DNA of 64,000 bases from a virus (IMGVR_UViG_3300009945_000011:1-64000); one strand, 5' to 3'. Shown: positions 18,410 through 28,553, counted from the stretch's first letter. Numbers and translations are program-made. Notes: a model not told the origin generated them from the sequence alone.

Positions 18410-19166
18410 AGACTGCTCTCAGTGGGCAATAGTTACACTCTGATGCTCTGTCACCAAGAACATTTACGAGAATTCCTGGTAACGTGCCGTCCTCCTCGTA
18501 TCGAGCAAATGGCCGTAAACGGTCCGTTATAAATGCAAGGCGCTCTTCCTTTGTCCAAACAGGAACAGAACGTTTTCTCGCTAGCTTCCTCCCACAGTAA
18601 ACAATACCTCCTGACGTAATTGGTATGTTAACAGTTTCACCCGTTTCGATGTCTTGACCGCCATCGAGAAGATCGATGTAAATATTCAACTGCTGGATGT
18701 GATGGTCTCTTGCCTTCGCAGGCACTTGATCAACGAATTTGTAATCAAAGATCATCTGTCGCACGAGATCGATCTTATCTGGCTTACCAGTCAACGCGAT
18801 CGTCTTACCATCAACAACATACTCCTTGATAATCCTCCTTTCACGAATAATATGATCTCCATCTTCAGCGAAGTATTCCATCATAAAATGACCAAGTGTA
18901 CCAAGGAACCGCGCCCAAAATTCCTCTGGATACTCGTAATAATCATGTTGCCTGGCTAAAATAGCGCGACGTGGACAGCCAATAATCTCCGTTGCGGAAA
19001 AAGACAGGCCATCGCGGTCAGCGCGGTTACGCTGCATGGCAACAACGAGTTCTACAGGAAAGTGTGACTTACACGCTCCAGATCGTATATTTGCAAAGTA
19101 CTCCTCAAAGTCATGAGGCATACCGCGATGTCGCTTGTCGTCACAAAGAACGCCCCTAAGTGGCAT
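18384..19166 (-). CDS. Cas4/RecB-like PD-(D/E)XK exonuclease
   Basis: SATEIIGCPR, GKPD, DYK, QLNIY, CNYCPLRAVC (4 Cys for an Fe-S cluster). Confidence 0.85.
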   Translation of the reverse strand: MPLRGVLCDDKRHRGMPHDFEEYFANIRSGACKSHFPVELVVAMQRNRADRDGLSFSATEIIGCPRRAILARQHDYYEYPEEFWARFLGTLGHFMMEYFAEDGDHIIRERRIIKEYVVDGKTIALTGKPDKIDLVRQMIFDYKFVDQVPAKARDHHIQQLNIYIDLLDGGQDIETGETVNIPITSGGIVYCGRKLARKRSVPVWTKEERLAFITDRLRPFARYEEDGTLPGILVNVLGDRASECNYCPLRAVCDAKLEAV

Positions 19167-19503
19167 ATTTCAGAACCCATTCTCGCAATTCTGTAAACAA
19201 TGGCAATCCAACCACTCGCTTCATAACATTACCATTGCGCACAAATACCAGGGTAGGTACCGCTTTCACATCTTCCTTTCTGGCAACCTCCAGATTTTGT
19301 TCAATATCAACTTTCACGATAATCAGTTGGGGAAACTCTTGCTGCAAAGAGAAAAGATAGCCATCGAGTTTCCGACATGGTCCACACCATGAGGCAAAGA
19401 AATCAACAACAACGGGTTGCTCCTGAATGCTTAGTAACCTTTGATATTCATCAAAAGACGTAAACTGTTTTTTAATAATCATTGTCATCATCCTCAATAC
19501 CAA
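19156..19503 (-). CDS. trxA: Thioredoxin
   Basis: VDFFASWCGPC, VKVD, VPTL. Confidence 0.93.
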   Translation of the reverse strand: MVLRMMTMIIKKQFTSFDEYQRLLSIQEQPVVVDFFASWCGPCRKLDGYLFSLQQEFPQLIIVKVDIEQNLEVARKEDVKAVPTLVFVRNGNVMKRVVGLPLFTELREWVLKYAT

Positions 19504-19711
19504 ATATTGCTAGCAACTCTGGATTGTTGAACTCACTTTCTACGCAAAAATCGCTAAACGAACGCTCCTTCCTACGGATAGTGATGTGTTTCTTGCGCGT
19601 CAATACTGGATACTTTTGACAAATACGTGCATAAAGTTCAGGATTCGTCTCGCGAATTGTGCTGAGAAAGGCATCCACGTTCCTCAGATGCTCCTTGGAG
19701 TTAGGTTTCAT
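19472..19711 (-). CDS. Hypothetical protein
   Basis: GGAGG SD before ATG 19711. Confidence 0.6.
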   Translation of the reverse strand: MKPNSKEHLRNVDAFLSTIRETNPELYARICQKYPVLTRKKHITIRRKERSFSDFCVESEFNNPELLAIFGIEDDDNDY

Positions 19712-20153
19712 CGGCTCCCTCCATAATCCGCACAAGTCTCTTGACAGCACGATGAATCCTCAGCGACATGCCGCTTCGGCTGTGGATACCATATTCCTTG
19801 CACAATTCATCGAGAGAGCAGGTTTGGAAAATGTGGAACTTGTAAATCAACTCAAGATCGTTGTCATGAAGCCGCTGAAGTGCGTTCTCCAGGTCAATAA
19901 TCGCAATGTGAAGGTTTTCTCGCATGGCAGCGCGACTAGAGCCGTCAATAACTACACGCGGGCGATACGTATCCACGTGTGCCCACGGTGACTTGTCGTC
20001 ACGATACCCAAGAGGACGCTCTTGGCGATACGAAGGCCACTTCTGGGAAATCTGTTTCAAGTTATTGCTTGGAGCTTGATAGCTTCCGTACAAGTAACTC
20101 TTAATGCTCAAGTAATTTCGGAGCAGTTTCGTAACAAAGTATACAGAATACAT
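19701..20153 (-). CDS. Putative sigma70 region-4-like HTH transcription regulator
   Basis: 'DLENALQRL...SLDELCKEYGI...RIHRAVKRL' pattern. Confidence 0.5.
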   Translation of the reverse strand: MYSVYFVTKLLRNYLSIKSYLYGSYQAPSNNLKQISQKWPSYRQERPLGYRDDKSPWAHVDTYRPRVVIDGSSRAAMRENLHIAIIDLENALQRLHDNDLELIYKFHIFQTCSLDELCKEYGIHSRSGMSLRIHRAVKRLVRIMEGADET

Positions 20154-20186
20154 AAAGTCTACTCATGGTACTGGCTCCCGTTCCCT

Positions 20187-21245
20187 TCACACCAGTCCTC
20201 GAACACGTTTCTTATATTCATACATAACACACGACTGATCACAATACTGGTCAAACTCATGATACTTGCATGGATTGGGCGGGTATGACCTGCTATACGC
20301 CGACAATACCTTGCGAGATACATCCGCTGGGTGAAGCGGCGGGCTGTTGCGCTTGTTCCATTCCAGCAACGCCGTTTCGGCGATGTCCCCAGGAATACCT
20401 GCCCGAGAGAAGAAACAGGCAAGATTGAAGGCAGCGACATCGCGTGTCCCTTCACTCACTCCCTCCTTGAGCATGCTGGAAAGGCAGGGATAGGGGGGAT
20501 TTTCTGGCTCGATTTCCCTAGCGCTCCTCTTCTCAGGAACAGCGACGTTGTTCTCAGAGAGGAAAAGGCGCAATTGTTCTGGAGTCACTGGCCGCACTCG
20601 TGCCAGGGCTTCCCACTGGTCGGGAAGAGGTTGAAACGATCGGCTAACAAACAGGCACCGCCGCCGCGTCTTCTGGTGAATTCCGAGCGGAAGCTTGACA
20701 AGATTTCCGAATCCCTGCCGTGAATCTTGCTTTGGAAAGACCTCGATCATCACACCAGGATCAAGCTCAACCTTCCCACGAAGATAATGCCCAGCAGCTT
20801 GCGCTTCTCCAGCAGGAACAGGCTCACTGAAGAACACCCACACGTGGTACCCGCGTGACCCAGAGTCCTCAACAAGAAATGGAATCTTCTTTGACATGAG
20901 AACAGAAGCGAGCTTCAAAACATGTGCTTGCGCAAGTTCCCGCTCCCCGCCGTTCACCAGATCGATATCAAAACACAACCACTTGACAGTATCATTATCA
21001 TCAAGCTGGTAAACACCGATCGTGATCTCACCATCAAGGTGCGCCTCCACATGACGCGGCTTGAGCGGGATCAAGCACGGGCGCTGGCAATGTCCTGACG
21101 CGCACGACGAATCGTGCTTGCAGTCCTTGGCTCGAACCACGGCGTAACCACCACCACCATTGGCTGACCACCACTGCCTCGCAAAACACGACGTGTCGTG
21201 GACAAATCTCTTAAATATAAGAGCAACACTCTCCTCTCTTGTCAT
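20187..21245 (-). CDS. AEP-family primase with PriCT-like C-terminal domain
   Basis: HLDGEITIGVY, WLCFDID, SGSRGYHVW, EVFPKQ, GNLVKLP; EGTRDVAAF...WN..NSPPL; start at ATGA overlap. Confidence 0.85.
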   Translation of the reverse strand: MTREESVALIFKRFVHDTSCFARQWWSANGGGGYAVVRAKDCKHDSSCASGHCQRPCLIPLKPRHVEAHLDGEITIGVYQLDDNDTVKWLCFDIDLVNGGERELAQAHVLKLASVLMSKKIPFLVEDSGSRGYHVWVFFSEPVPAGEAQAAGHYLRGKVELDPGVMIEVFPKQDSRQGFGNLVKLPLGIHQKTRRRCLFVSRSFQPLPDQWEALARVRPVTPEQLRLFLSENNVAVPEKRSAREIEPENPPYPCLSSMLKEGVSEGTRDVAAFNLACFFSRAGIPGDIAETALLEWNKRNSPPLHPADVSRKVLSAYSRSYPPNPCKYHEFDQYCDQSCVMYEYKKRVRGLV

Positions 21246-23983
21246 CCCTTGCATGCCCACGAATCTCCAATCTTTGCCTCTGCTGCTAAAGGGCACCGCA
21301 ATACACTGTTCGCCGCGCTTTCCATTGCCGATACAACCAGCCGCGCTCCCTCATCGGCCATTGCTTCTGGTACTTCACAGACCACCTCATCGTGAACCTG
21401 AAGCAAGACATGACCACCAAGATCGCGAAGTAACTGATCAATTCGAATCAAGGCATAGCCTGTGATGTCAGCGCAGGAACCCTGGATAATCGCGTTCACT
21501 GCTTGTCTTTCTGCTTCAGCAACTTTCCACCGATCATTACTAACGATCTCAGGAACACGGCGTTTCCTTCCAGAGATTGTTCTTACGTACCCACACGACT
21601 TTGCTTTTGCAATCACCTCCTTCTTCCATTCCGTTGCGCCGACATACGTGGCGTTATAATCATCAATCCACTTTCGCGCCTGATCCAGCGATACCCACAA
21701 TCCATTGTCAACCGCAAGACGGCGCTGGTAGAGTTGTGGACCCATGCCATAAATCAAGCTGTTTCCTGTCAGGGTTACAAAGTGTCCCTGCTTTGCTGTC
21801 CAAGAACCAAGGTCGGTCTTCACACACCAGACGGGAACTGGTTTTGTACAAGGTTCTACTACAGTATTTTTCGCAAGATATCGGTGCATGGCTCCATAAC
21901 GACCATAGGAATCACGCCACATGGAGCTTCCACACAAGAATCTTGCTAGCTGAACAGCATCAAACTCTTCGTCATTGAGATTTTTGTGCAACCCGTATTC
22001 AATCACAAAGTGCACAAGCATCGACAAGCTTTCTTTTGTGGCACTTGCCACGAATTCCATCTTGTTTGAGCTTGCCATAAAAGCGTCAACAACCTCTGTG
22101 GCTGAATACGAGCGCCCAGCAACAAGATTTGAGAGTGGAGAGGCAATAACCAGTGACCCAGGCGACCTGGGGACATCCTTGGTCATAGCAACCGCTCGCG
22201 GGGAAAGGAACCAGCGGTGCTCTGGTGTACTCACGAAGGACAGGCCATTCGCAAACCGCATGTGCATTACGGGGGACTTATCAAAGTGCAGGACCTCAGT
22301 AATCGTTGTCCACCGCGTCAGTCCCGTGTTCTGATCATAACCAACGGTTTGATCCTGACCAGGAACAATCTCGCTAGCGTGCTTCCAGCCACTCCTGGTA
22401 AGACACAGCGTGTCATATGGAACACAAAAATTTGACGTCTTGCCAATGTTACGCAAGCGCTTGGCGTCTTCGTCACCAGCTTCATACCGCGCAAGCAGTT
22501 CCTCGTAAGCCATTCCTCCTTGTCTTGCTCCTGTCATGATGTGAAGATCGAGACCGTTGCGAAACGCGGTCATTAGGGCGTCGTCCAGGCTATAATGCGC
22601 GATCATGCGCAACTCCATTTGCGCAAAGTCAGCCACGATTAGCTTATAGCCTGGACGGGCAATAAAGAGCGAGCGTGCCTGTTTTCCAATCTCACCCCGT
22701 GACGGAATATTCTGAAGATTGATCGGTGATGATGAACTCAATCGCCCTGTCTTGGTAACCGTCTGGTTGAATGTTGTCCGCACCGCGTAGTGATCATCAC
22801 GATCCGCGATCTCATCAACTTTCCGCAAGTACGTTGAGAGAAACTTATCGGCCTTGCGAAGCTCTAAGATATGATCAAGGACAGCAGGTGCCCGCTCACC
22901 AAGACTTGTTCGCAGAATCTTGACGGTATCCTTATCAACCCCAGGCGAGCCGTCCTGCTTCTTGGTCATGAAGATATCTCTCGGTAATTTCAACCTAAGA
23001 TGCTTATAAAGCAAGTCTGCTAGGTGAACCGTTGAACGTGGATTGAACCAAAGTGTCTTCGGCTTCCCGCGAGGCTTGCCGTTTTTCGTGTACTCGCGGA
23101 AAATCGGCAAGAGGACGCCGCGAGTTTCCCAGACTGTTGATTGGCCATCATCAACCCAGGTAGCATCCACAGCATGCATGTTTGTCACATAGGGATCAAC
23201 GCTGTCTCCCCGCGCATGCCGAGACAACACCATCCTGATCCCCTCGCGGAACACTTCCTCTTCGTGCTGGCGAACAAGTTCCTCATAGGCTGGGATGAGT
23301 TCTTCCAGGAGGGCACGGTCAGTAGCAACGCCACGAGCCTCCATGCGTTGCAACACACGCAACAGTGGCATCCAGATCAAAAAGAAGGCACGGTCAAGAC
23401 CTTCCTCCGCAAGCTTCGGCGCAAATACCTGCCAAAGCTTCCAAGCCGTCTCCGTATCGCCCATTGCATACCTGGCTGCCCGTTCCAGCGGAACGCCTAA
23501 AAACTCGTTTTTCCCAAAGCCGTCATAATGCTCTAGGTGCTGGTAGTACGAGAGGTCCATGCCAACAAGCGGAGCCAGTTCCTTGAGCGCATTCACGCGG
23601 TTCTCGTCAAGAAGATGCGCGGCAAGCATCGTATCCACCAGCTTGCCGCGCACATCAATACCGATCTTGGCAAGAAAATGTAAGTCAAACTTCGCGTTAT
23701 GGGCCACCATAAGCACCTGTTCTTGCCTGAACAATGGAGCAAGAAGGCAAGCAACGCTGGCAGCATCCATAAAAACACGCAGGTTGAACGTCCCTTTCTC
23801 GGGTACGGTATGCTGGAGCACAACGTAATAATGCTCGCGTCCAGCAATAGTCAGCGCAATCCCAACGACCGAATCACGCTTGGCATCAAGCCCAGAAGTT
23901 TCACAGTCAAAGGCAAAAGGCTGTCCTATCCAGCGAGGAATAGACTGTTTGAGGTCAGCAAGTTCAGTTATGATATGATACAT
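21242..23983 (-). CDS. polA: Family A DNA polymerase (3'-5' exo + pol) containing an intein
   Basis: FDCET, AHNAKFD, DTM (exo); TGRLSSS..NLQN, ADFAQMELR, DLH, KTSNF/SLIYG, QVHDE. Confidence 0.93.
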   Translation of the reverse strand: MYHIITELADLKQSIPRWIGQPFAFDCETSGLDAKRDSVVGIALTIAGREHYYVVLQHTVPEKGTFNLRVFMDAASVACLLAPLFRQEQVLMVAHNAKFDLHFLAKIGIDVRGKLVDTMLAAHLLDENRVNALKELAPLVGMDLSYYQHLEHYDGFGKNEFLGVPLERAARYAMGDTETAWKLWQVFAPKLAEEGLDRAFFLIWMPLLRVLQRMEARGVATDRALLEELIPAYEELVRQHEEEVFREGIRMVLSRHARGDSVDPYVTNMHAVDATWVDDGQSTVWETRGVLLPIFREYTKNGKPRGKPKTLWFNPRSTVHLADLLYKHLRLKLPRDIFMTKKQDGSPGVDKDTVKILRTSLGERAPAVLDHILELRKADKFLSTYLRKVDEIADRDDHYAVRTTFNQTVTKTGRLSSSSPINLQNIPSRGEIGKQARSLFIARPGYKLIVADFAQMELRMIAHYSLDDALMTAFRNGLDLHIMTGARQGGMAYEELLARYEAGDEDAKRLRNIGKTSNFCVPYDTLCLTRSGWKHASEIVPGQDQTVGYDQNTGLTRWTTITEVLHFDKSPVMHMRFANGLSFVSTPEHRWFLSPRAVAMTKDVPRSPGSLVIASPLSNLVAGRSYSATEVVDAFMASSNKMEFVASATKESLSMLVHFVIEYGLHKNLNDEEFDAVQLARFLCGSSMWRDSYGRYGAMHRYLAKNTVVEPCTKPVPVWCVKTDLGSWTAKQGHFVTLTGNSLIYGMGPQLYQRRLAVDNGLWVSLDQARKWIDDYNATYVGATEWKKEVIAKAKSCGYVRTISGRKRRVPEIVSNDRWKVAEAERQAVNAIIQGSCADITGYALIRIDQLLRDLGGHVLLQVHDEVVCEVPEAMADEGARLVVSAMESAANSVLRCPLAAEAKIGDSWACKG
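21761..22426 (-). mobile_element. 222-aa intein in PolA motif B (KTSNF|SLIYG)
   Basis: Begins CVPYDTLCLTRSGW (block A), HRW (block B), VWCVKT (block F), ends TGN followed by Ser+1; removal restores KTSNFSLIYG. Confidence 0.9.
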
Positions 23984-24046
23984 ACACCTCGCCCACGGAT
24001 TATCTGGCTCTCGTACTGGGCCTATGACCAGCTATGGTCACCGTGA

Positions 24047-24529
24047 TCACTTTTTGCCATTGACACGCATACGATCTTCAATGCGGTCAAGGCGGTAGAA
24101 GAGTTCATCGAGGGCTTCAACAAGTTCCTTACGAACCACAGCCGCCAGGTCCTCTGGCGTCTCAACACTCTTCCCAACACGTCCAGCTTCGATCCGAGCC
24201 AGGTAAAGCTCGATTACGCGCCGTGCCCGTGCTTTGACGCGCATCGGAAGATCAGCCTGCGGGAGACGTTGCGCTGCGGCGCGAACACCGCTGCTATCCG
24301 CGAACAACACGCCATCAACTGGCCGCGCAAACGGTAGCTTGTAGGCACCTTTCTCCTTGGCGTTCGCCTCGTCATACACCAGGAACGCACGGCGTGCCTT
24401 CGCTGGATCGGGATGATCAGGCCAGCCAGCCCAGGCAAAAATCTCGTCCCTTGCCGCGTCACCGTCCCAGGAATCGGTATAAACAACGCGAAGGTTTCGA
24501 TCAGCACCAACACGCCAAATCTCAGCCAT
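24047..24529 (-). CDS. Conserved phage protein with YKLPFA..VDG motif
   Basis: AFLVYD...AYKLPFARPVDG...AAAQRL resembles a domain I recall from phage head-morphogenesis proteins. Confidence 0.5.
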   Translation of the reverse strand: MAEIWRVGADRNLRVVYTDSWDGDAARDEIFAWAGWPDHPDPAKARRAFLVYDEANAKEKGAYKLPFARPVDGVLFADSSGVRAAAQRLPQADLPMRVKARARRVIELYLARIEAGRVGKSVETPEDLAAVVRKELVEALDELFYRLDRIEDRMRVNGKK

Positions 24530-25170
24530 TAGAGACCTCCTCTTCGTTCAATCACTGATCCTATCTTTGCCTTGTCTACTAAAAACTTAAAGTCACTTGA
24601 CTTAATAAGATAGAATTGATCATCCCCCCATTGGATAGAAATATATCCAAGACCACGCGCTGCCTGTCTTTGATACAGCATGACATCGAGATCAAGTCTT
24701 CTCAACGTGCATGACTTCTCCCCTCCTGGTTGGACCTGGCCTGCAAAAACAAGGCTTGGTACAGACTGCTGGTCAATTGAACCCGCAACTGCGAGGTTGA
24801 TGAGACGGTCAAGATGCCGATGGTGCAAGATCACATGATCATGGGCGTATTGTCCCAAGTGCCAGTGAACCCAAACCGCACCAATCTCTCGGGAAGCATC
24901 AGCTTCGGCAACGGCCTGGTCCAAAACACGTCGGCGGAGCGTGTAGACCTCCTCACCACCACTATCACGTGTACTTACCCCCTTGCATTCGACTTTGAGG
25001 AATGGATATCCAAGGTTGTCATCAACCTCAACGTCCCCTGTCAGGTTGCGGTTACTCCGCTTGAAGGCGCCAGAACCAGGCGTCCGCTCGCCGCCCAGGT
25101 ACTTGGCAACCGCCTGCTCAACCTTCTTCCCGAACGACTTGTTTCTCCTGTTGATCCACCGCTGGTTCAT
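24529..25170 (-). CDS. Hjc-like Holliday junction resolvase / PD-(D/E)XK nuclease
   Basis: G...EQ, PGSG, GDV, VECK. Confidence 0.65.
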   Translation of the reverse strand: MNQRWINRRNKSFGKKVEQAVAKYLGGERTPGSGAFKRSNRNLTGDVEVDDNLGYPFLKVECKGVSTRDSGGEEVYTLRRRVLDQAVAEADASREIGAVWVHWHLGQYAHDHVILHHRHLDRLINLAVAGSIDQQSVPSLVFAGQVQPGGEKSCTLRRLDLDVMLYQRQAARGLGYISIQWGDDQFYLIKSSDFKFLVDKAKIGSVIERRGGL

Positions 25171-25768
25171 TACTCAATCCAAGCGTTGTCATAAGGTTAT
25201 CCACGGCACTGTAAAGTGCCTCGATTCTCGTGGTATTCCGCAGCAGGTAATTATAGGGGATGTTCTCTCGCTCATGCTCTTCCGCAGAAGACATTCTCTC
25301 GGAAGCAAGCGAAAATCCGTCAAAGACGCTGCCACTATTCTTCGCATGAGTAGAAATCAATGAATTCACGCGGTCCATCCGCGGGCGCTCAATGCGAATA
25401 AGAACAAACCCATTTTCACTAAGGCGACCAGCCTCCGCAAAAAATGTAACATCGTCACACACCGCGCGCTTCAGCGAACGCTCATCGCAAGCACGAATCA
25501 CCTGGTCAGCCCAGAATGCTCGATTACCAGTGACGGTTGGAGCAAGATGATTTCTCACTCCTTCTATCAACCAAGAGAATTCCGTAATGGGAATGACACA
25601 CTGCTCATCTTTTATGTGCGTCCTGCGTAAAAACTCATCCACCATGTGCGCGGCTAGTCTCTTGACCTCTGCCTCAATAGAGACGATAGCGAAACCGTAC
25701 TTCGTGGCAAGATACCTGGCAACTGTTGTCTTACCCGCATGTGTCCCGCCAACAAGCGCAATCCTCAT
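25118..25768 (-). CDS. Deoxynucleoside monophosphate kinase-like protein 1
   Basis: IALVGGTHAGKTT P-loop, CDDVTF..EA, IRIERP. Confidence 0.75.
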   Translation of the reverse strand: MRIALVGGTHAGKTTVARYLATKYGFAIVSIEAEVKRLAAHMVDEFLRRTHIKDEQCVIPITEFSWLIEGVRNHLAPTVTGNRAFWADQVIRACDERSLKRAVCDDVTFFAEAGRLSENGFVLIRIERPRMDRVNSLISTHAKNSGSVFDGFSLASERMSSAEEHERENIPYNYLLRNTTRIEALYSAVDNLMTTLGLSNEPAVDQQEKQVVREEG

Positions 25769-26334
25769 TGGCTCTGCCTTTCTTCGAGCATCATAATCTC
25801 TGAGAGCGACGTGACTCGAATAACATTGCCTGCAAAGACTTCGCGACGATTCCATGGACGACTGAAGCAATACACAACGTTTGGAGACAAGGCTTGTGCA
25901 AGAGCAACGACGCTCCGTGGATCATCGTCAACCGCATGTTCGATCTTGAGTTCCTTAGCAATCGCCGCTTTTGTTGAACAACACGCTGTGACGATGGCGG
26001 GGTGAAAATTATATCTATGAAACCACGCATGAAGCCCTTCGACCATAAACGCATTGCGCTCTGTCACAATGATTGGTTCATCACCACGAGCAACGAGCCA
26101 CCTGAGAAACCTCAAGGAACCTGGAACGGGCGGTATTCTCAACGCCCAATCCCTATCAGGAAAACATGAGCCCCAAGCATACTTGCCATATGATATGTAG
26201 TTTCCAGCCCACCAGTAACAATGCGTAATATCCTCAACGCGGGGCGATGATCGGAACGTCTGGTTATAACTCTCGACGTAATATCCTGCCAGATCAGCAA
26301 TCACATTATCAAAATCAACGAGCCACATCGTCAT
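25765..26334 (-). CDS. 5'(3')-deoxyribonucleotidase (HAD, NT5C-like)
   Basis: LVDFDNVIAD, IVTER, VDDDP, FSRPWN. Confidence 0.85.
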   Translation of the reverse strand: MTMWLVDFDNVIADLAGYYVESYNQTFRSSPRVEDITHCYWWAGNYISYGKYAWGSCFPDRDWALRIPPVPGSLRFLRWLVARGDEPIIVTERNAFMVEGLHAWFHRYNFHPAIVTACCSTKAAIAKELKIEHAVDDDPRSVVALAQALSPNVVYCFSRPWNRREVFAGNVIRVTSLSEIMMLEERQSQ

Positions 26335-27020
26335 TCTGATATACCCCTCAGTGCGCCGCGAAGAGAAAGAACAGAAGCAGAAATGACAGGAGGTAATTCG
26401 TAACTATCCGCTACCTTCACCAAATTTTTACAGTGCATCACAAGGTTGTTGTAATGCTGTTGCACATCAATGATATTTATCTCATGCGTTGGAAGCGATT
26501 CCCAGGCAAACATTGACGTAGATATGTCGTAATACGGCTTCTTTTTTCCACCTCCTTCGTGAAACTCCGCGACTGGTAGTTGTTTTGCCATCGCTGCAAG
26601 ACTTGACGCTCGCATCGTATAGGAGATGCGCTTGTGGTGACTATCAAAAACAAAGAGGACTAATGGACAGCCTGTAAACGACTCCCACTCGACAAGAGAA
26701 TTGAGATTATCAATCTTGATCTTTACGCTTTGATCCCTACCAACCCCCTTAACTTCTACCATTACATGCCGAGTACCAATCTCAAAAACATCATCCGCTA
26801 CTTCACAAACATAATCGGGAGTGTAACGCAACACACGTGGTAACTCGAAAAACTTGGTAAATGGCGGCCGATTGAATCCAAATTCATCAACGGCCACATT
26901 ATTACGTTCTGCCCATCGAAGAAACACACCTTGTGCGAGATTACCCATATGTAAATAACGCTTGCTAAATGGCTTGCTATGAAATGCGCTACTTGTCTGC
27001 ATATTCAATGTATTTTCCAA
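26331..27020 (-). CDS. PD-(D/E)XK nuclease-like protein
   Basis: YTPDY...VEVKG motif. Confidence 0.6.
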   Translation of the reverse strand: MENTLNMQTSSAFHSKPFSKRYLHMGNLAQGVFLRWAERNNVAVDEFGFNRPPFTKFFELPRVLRYTPDYVCEVADDVFEIGTRHVMVEVKGVGRDQSVKIKIDNLNSLVEWESFTGCPLVLFVFDSHHKRISYTMRASSLAAMAKQLPVAEFHEGGGKKKPYYDISTSMFAWESLPTHEINIIDVQQHYNNLVMHCKNLVKVADSYELPPVISASVLSLRGALRGISE

Positions 27021-27669
27021 ACCGTTCCTCCCAGAACGGCATCCACTCGTTCCGAATCATGAGAACGCCGAGTGGTTCGATCAGATCAGGCGTAGACGCG
27101 AACACCTCAACCCGCGTCCGTGTTTCTCCCTGGCGTGCCGTTGCTCTGAAAATAACGGTCTTTTTGATCTCCTCAAGGCCGCGTGCTGCCTTGACCTCAC
27201 TCACCACGTCACGCCAGCGGATGTCTCGTGCCCTCTGGACAAGCTCTAGGGCCGCGTTCTCGTCATCACGAAAGATCGGCAACAGAGCCCTGCTCTTGCT
27301 GATGCCAATCTGGCGTAAAGCGGTAACCGCTTCCTCTTCTGACCCAAGCCGCTTCTCCAGGACTGGAATGACTTCACGGCGAATGCGAAGCAGGTCATGA
27401 ACCACACGCCAGCCAAGTTCGATCTCGCGACTTTCACACCAGTCCTTCAGCCGCTCATACCCACGGGCAAGATACAACTTCTCCTTATCGAAGATATCAA
27501 GCAAGTATGCAAGCTTTAGAAAATTATTCTCTATCTCAGACTTGGTTGCTACTATTTGTGATTCAACTGCCAGGGCAATTTCTGCGCCAGTCTCTGTTAC
27601 ATCCCGAAACGGATCAGGATACAGGACAAGCTCCCCAGCATCATCAATCACTCCTTGATACGGCATCAT
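26989..27669 (-). CDS. Hypothetical protein
   Basis: ATGA-coupled to the helicase. Confidence 0.65.
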   Translation of the reverse strand: MMPYQGVIDDAGELVLYPDPFRDVTETGAEIALAVESQIVATKSEIENNFLKLAYLLDIFDKEKLYLARGYERLKDWCESREIELGWRVVHDLLRIRREVIPVLEKRLGSEEEAVTALRQIGISKSRALLPIFRDDENAALELVQRARDIRWRDVVSEVKAARGLEEIKKTVIFRATARQGETRTRVEVFASTPDLIEPLGVLMIRNEWMPFWEERFGKYIEYADK

Positions 27670-28553
27670 TCTCCCATCACCGATTCATAAGGGACCCACT
27701 GCGTCCTGCTTGGGTAGAAGATGGCTTTGACTTTGCCTTGCGGGCCATCTCGGTTTTTCGCCACAATAAGCGCCGCATCTTTCTCCTCCTCTAGCGGCGG
27801 TTCACCGCGTAGTAACTTGTAGTAATAAGGCCGATAGCAGAAAATCACCGCGTGCGCATCTTGCTCAATCGCGCCGCTGTCGCGAATATCGGCAAGTGTT
27901 GGCATGTGGTCCTCGCGCTTATCCGATTCGCGGTTAAGCTGAACCAGAGCCAGAATCGGAACATTCAACTGGTCAGGGCGGGCGAGTGAACGCAGTGTAT
28001 TGCTGATGCGCGTCACACGTTCATACTCACCAAACCGCTGCTGGTCACGCAGCAGGGAGAGATAATCAACGACGAGCAGGTCTACGGTCGTCTTTTCGGC
28101 AATCCGCTTTGCATGCCGCGATAAACCATCCGAATCAAGCGTGTCGTCAACGATTGCAACCTGATAAGCACTGAGTGAGCAAGATGCCTGCTCAACCGCT
28201 TCAAACTCTGACTTGGAGAGCCTTCCCTGCATAATTCGTATTCCTGGAACACCTGTCATCCGCGACAGCAAGCGGCAGACGAGACGCTTGGCACTCATCT
28301 CCAGCGAGTAGAACAAAACCCGCTTTCCCTGGCTTGCCACATGAAGTGAGAGATCAAGAGCAAACGATGTCTTTCCAGACCCAGGGCGGCCACCAACGAC
28401 ATACATCGCATCTGGCTGGAGACCACCAAGCATCTCATCCAGCTTTGGGAATCCTGTCTCAAGTCCAGCACAGGCAAGTCCTCCAGCAACGTAGCGATCC
28501 TGAACCTCCGATACGAATTGTTGTGAAACATTTTTGATGTGCTGAGTTGGCAT
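27666..28553 (-). CDS. dnaB: DnaB-like replicative helicase (C-terminal domain only)
   Basis: ETGFPKLD, GGRPGSGKT, SLEMS, VVDYL, QLNR, LADIRDSGAIEQDA, KNRDG. Confidence 0.92.
   Translation of the reverse strand: MPTQHIKNVSQQFVSEVQDRYVAGGLACAGLETGFPKLDEMLGGLQPDAMYVVGGRPGSGKTSFALDLSLHVASQGKRVLFYSLEMSAKRLVCRLLSRMTGVPGIRIMQGRLSKSEFEAVEQASCSLSAYQVAIVDDTLDSDGLSRHAKRIAEKTTVDLLVVDYLSLLRDQQRFGEYERVTRISNTLRSLARPDQLNVPILALVQLNRESDKREDHMPTLADIRDSGAIEQDAHAVIFCYRPYYYKLLRGEPPLEEEKDAALIVAKNRDGPQGKVKAIFYPSRTQWVPYESVMGE

Noticed and set aside
18384-19166. CRISPR-Cas adaptation module or CRISPR array
   Set aside because: The Cas4-like gene is solo in a recombination/replication context. There are no cas1/cas2 genes and no regularly spaced repeat-spacer array; the early-region repeats are dispersed.
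25118-26334. Split T4-type Pnkp
   Set aside because: The kinase has dNMP-kinase motifs and the HAD has NT5C motifs; kept only as a speculative alternative in the RNA ligase finding.
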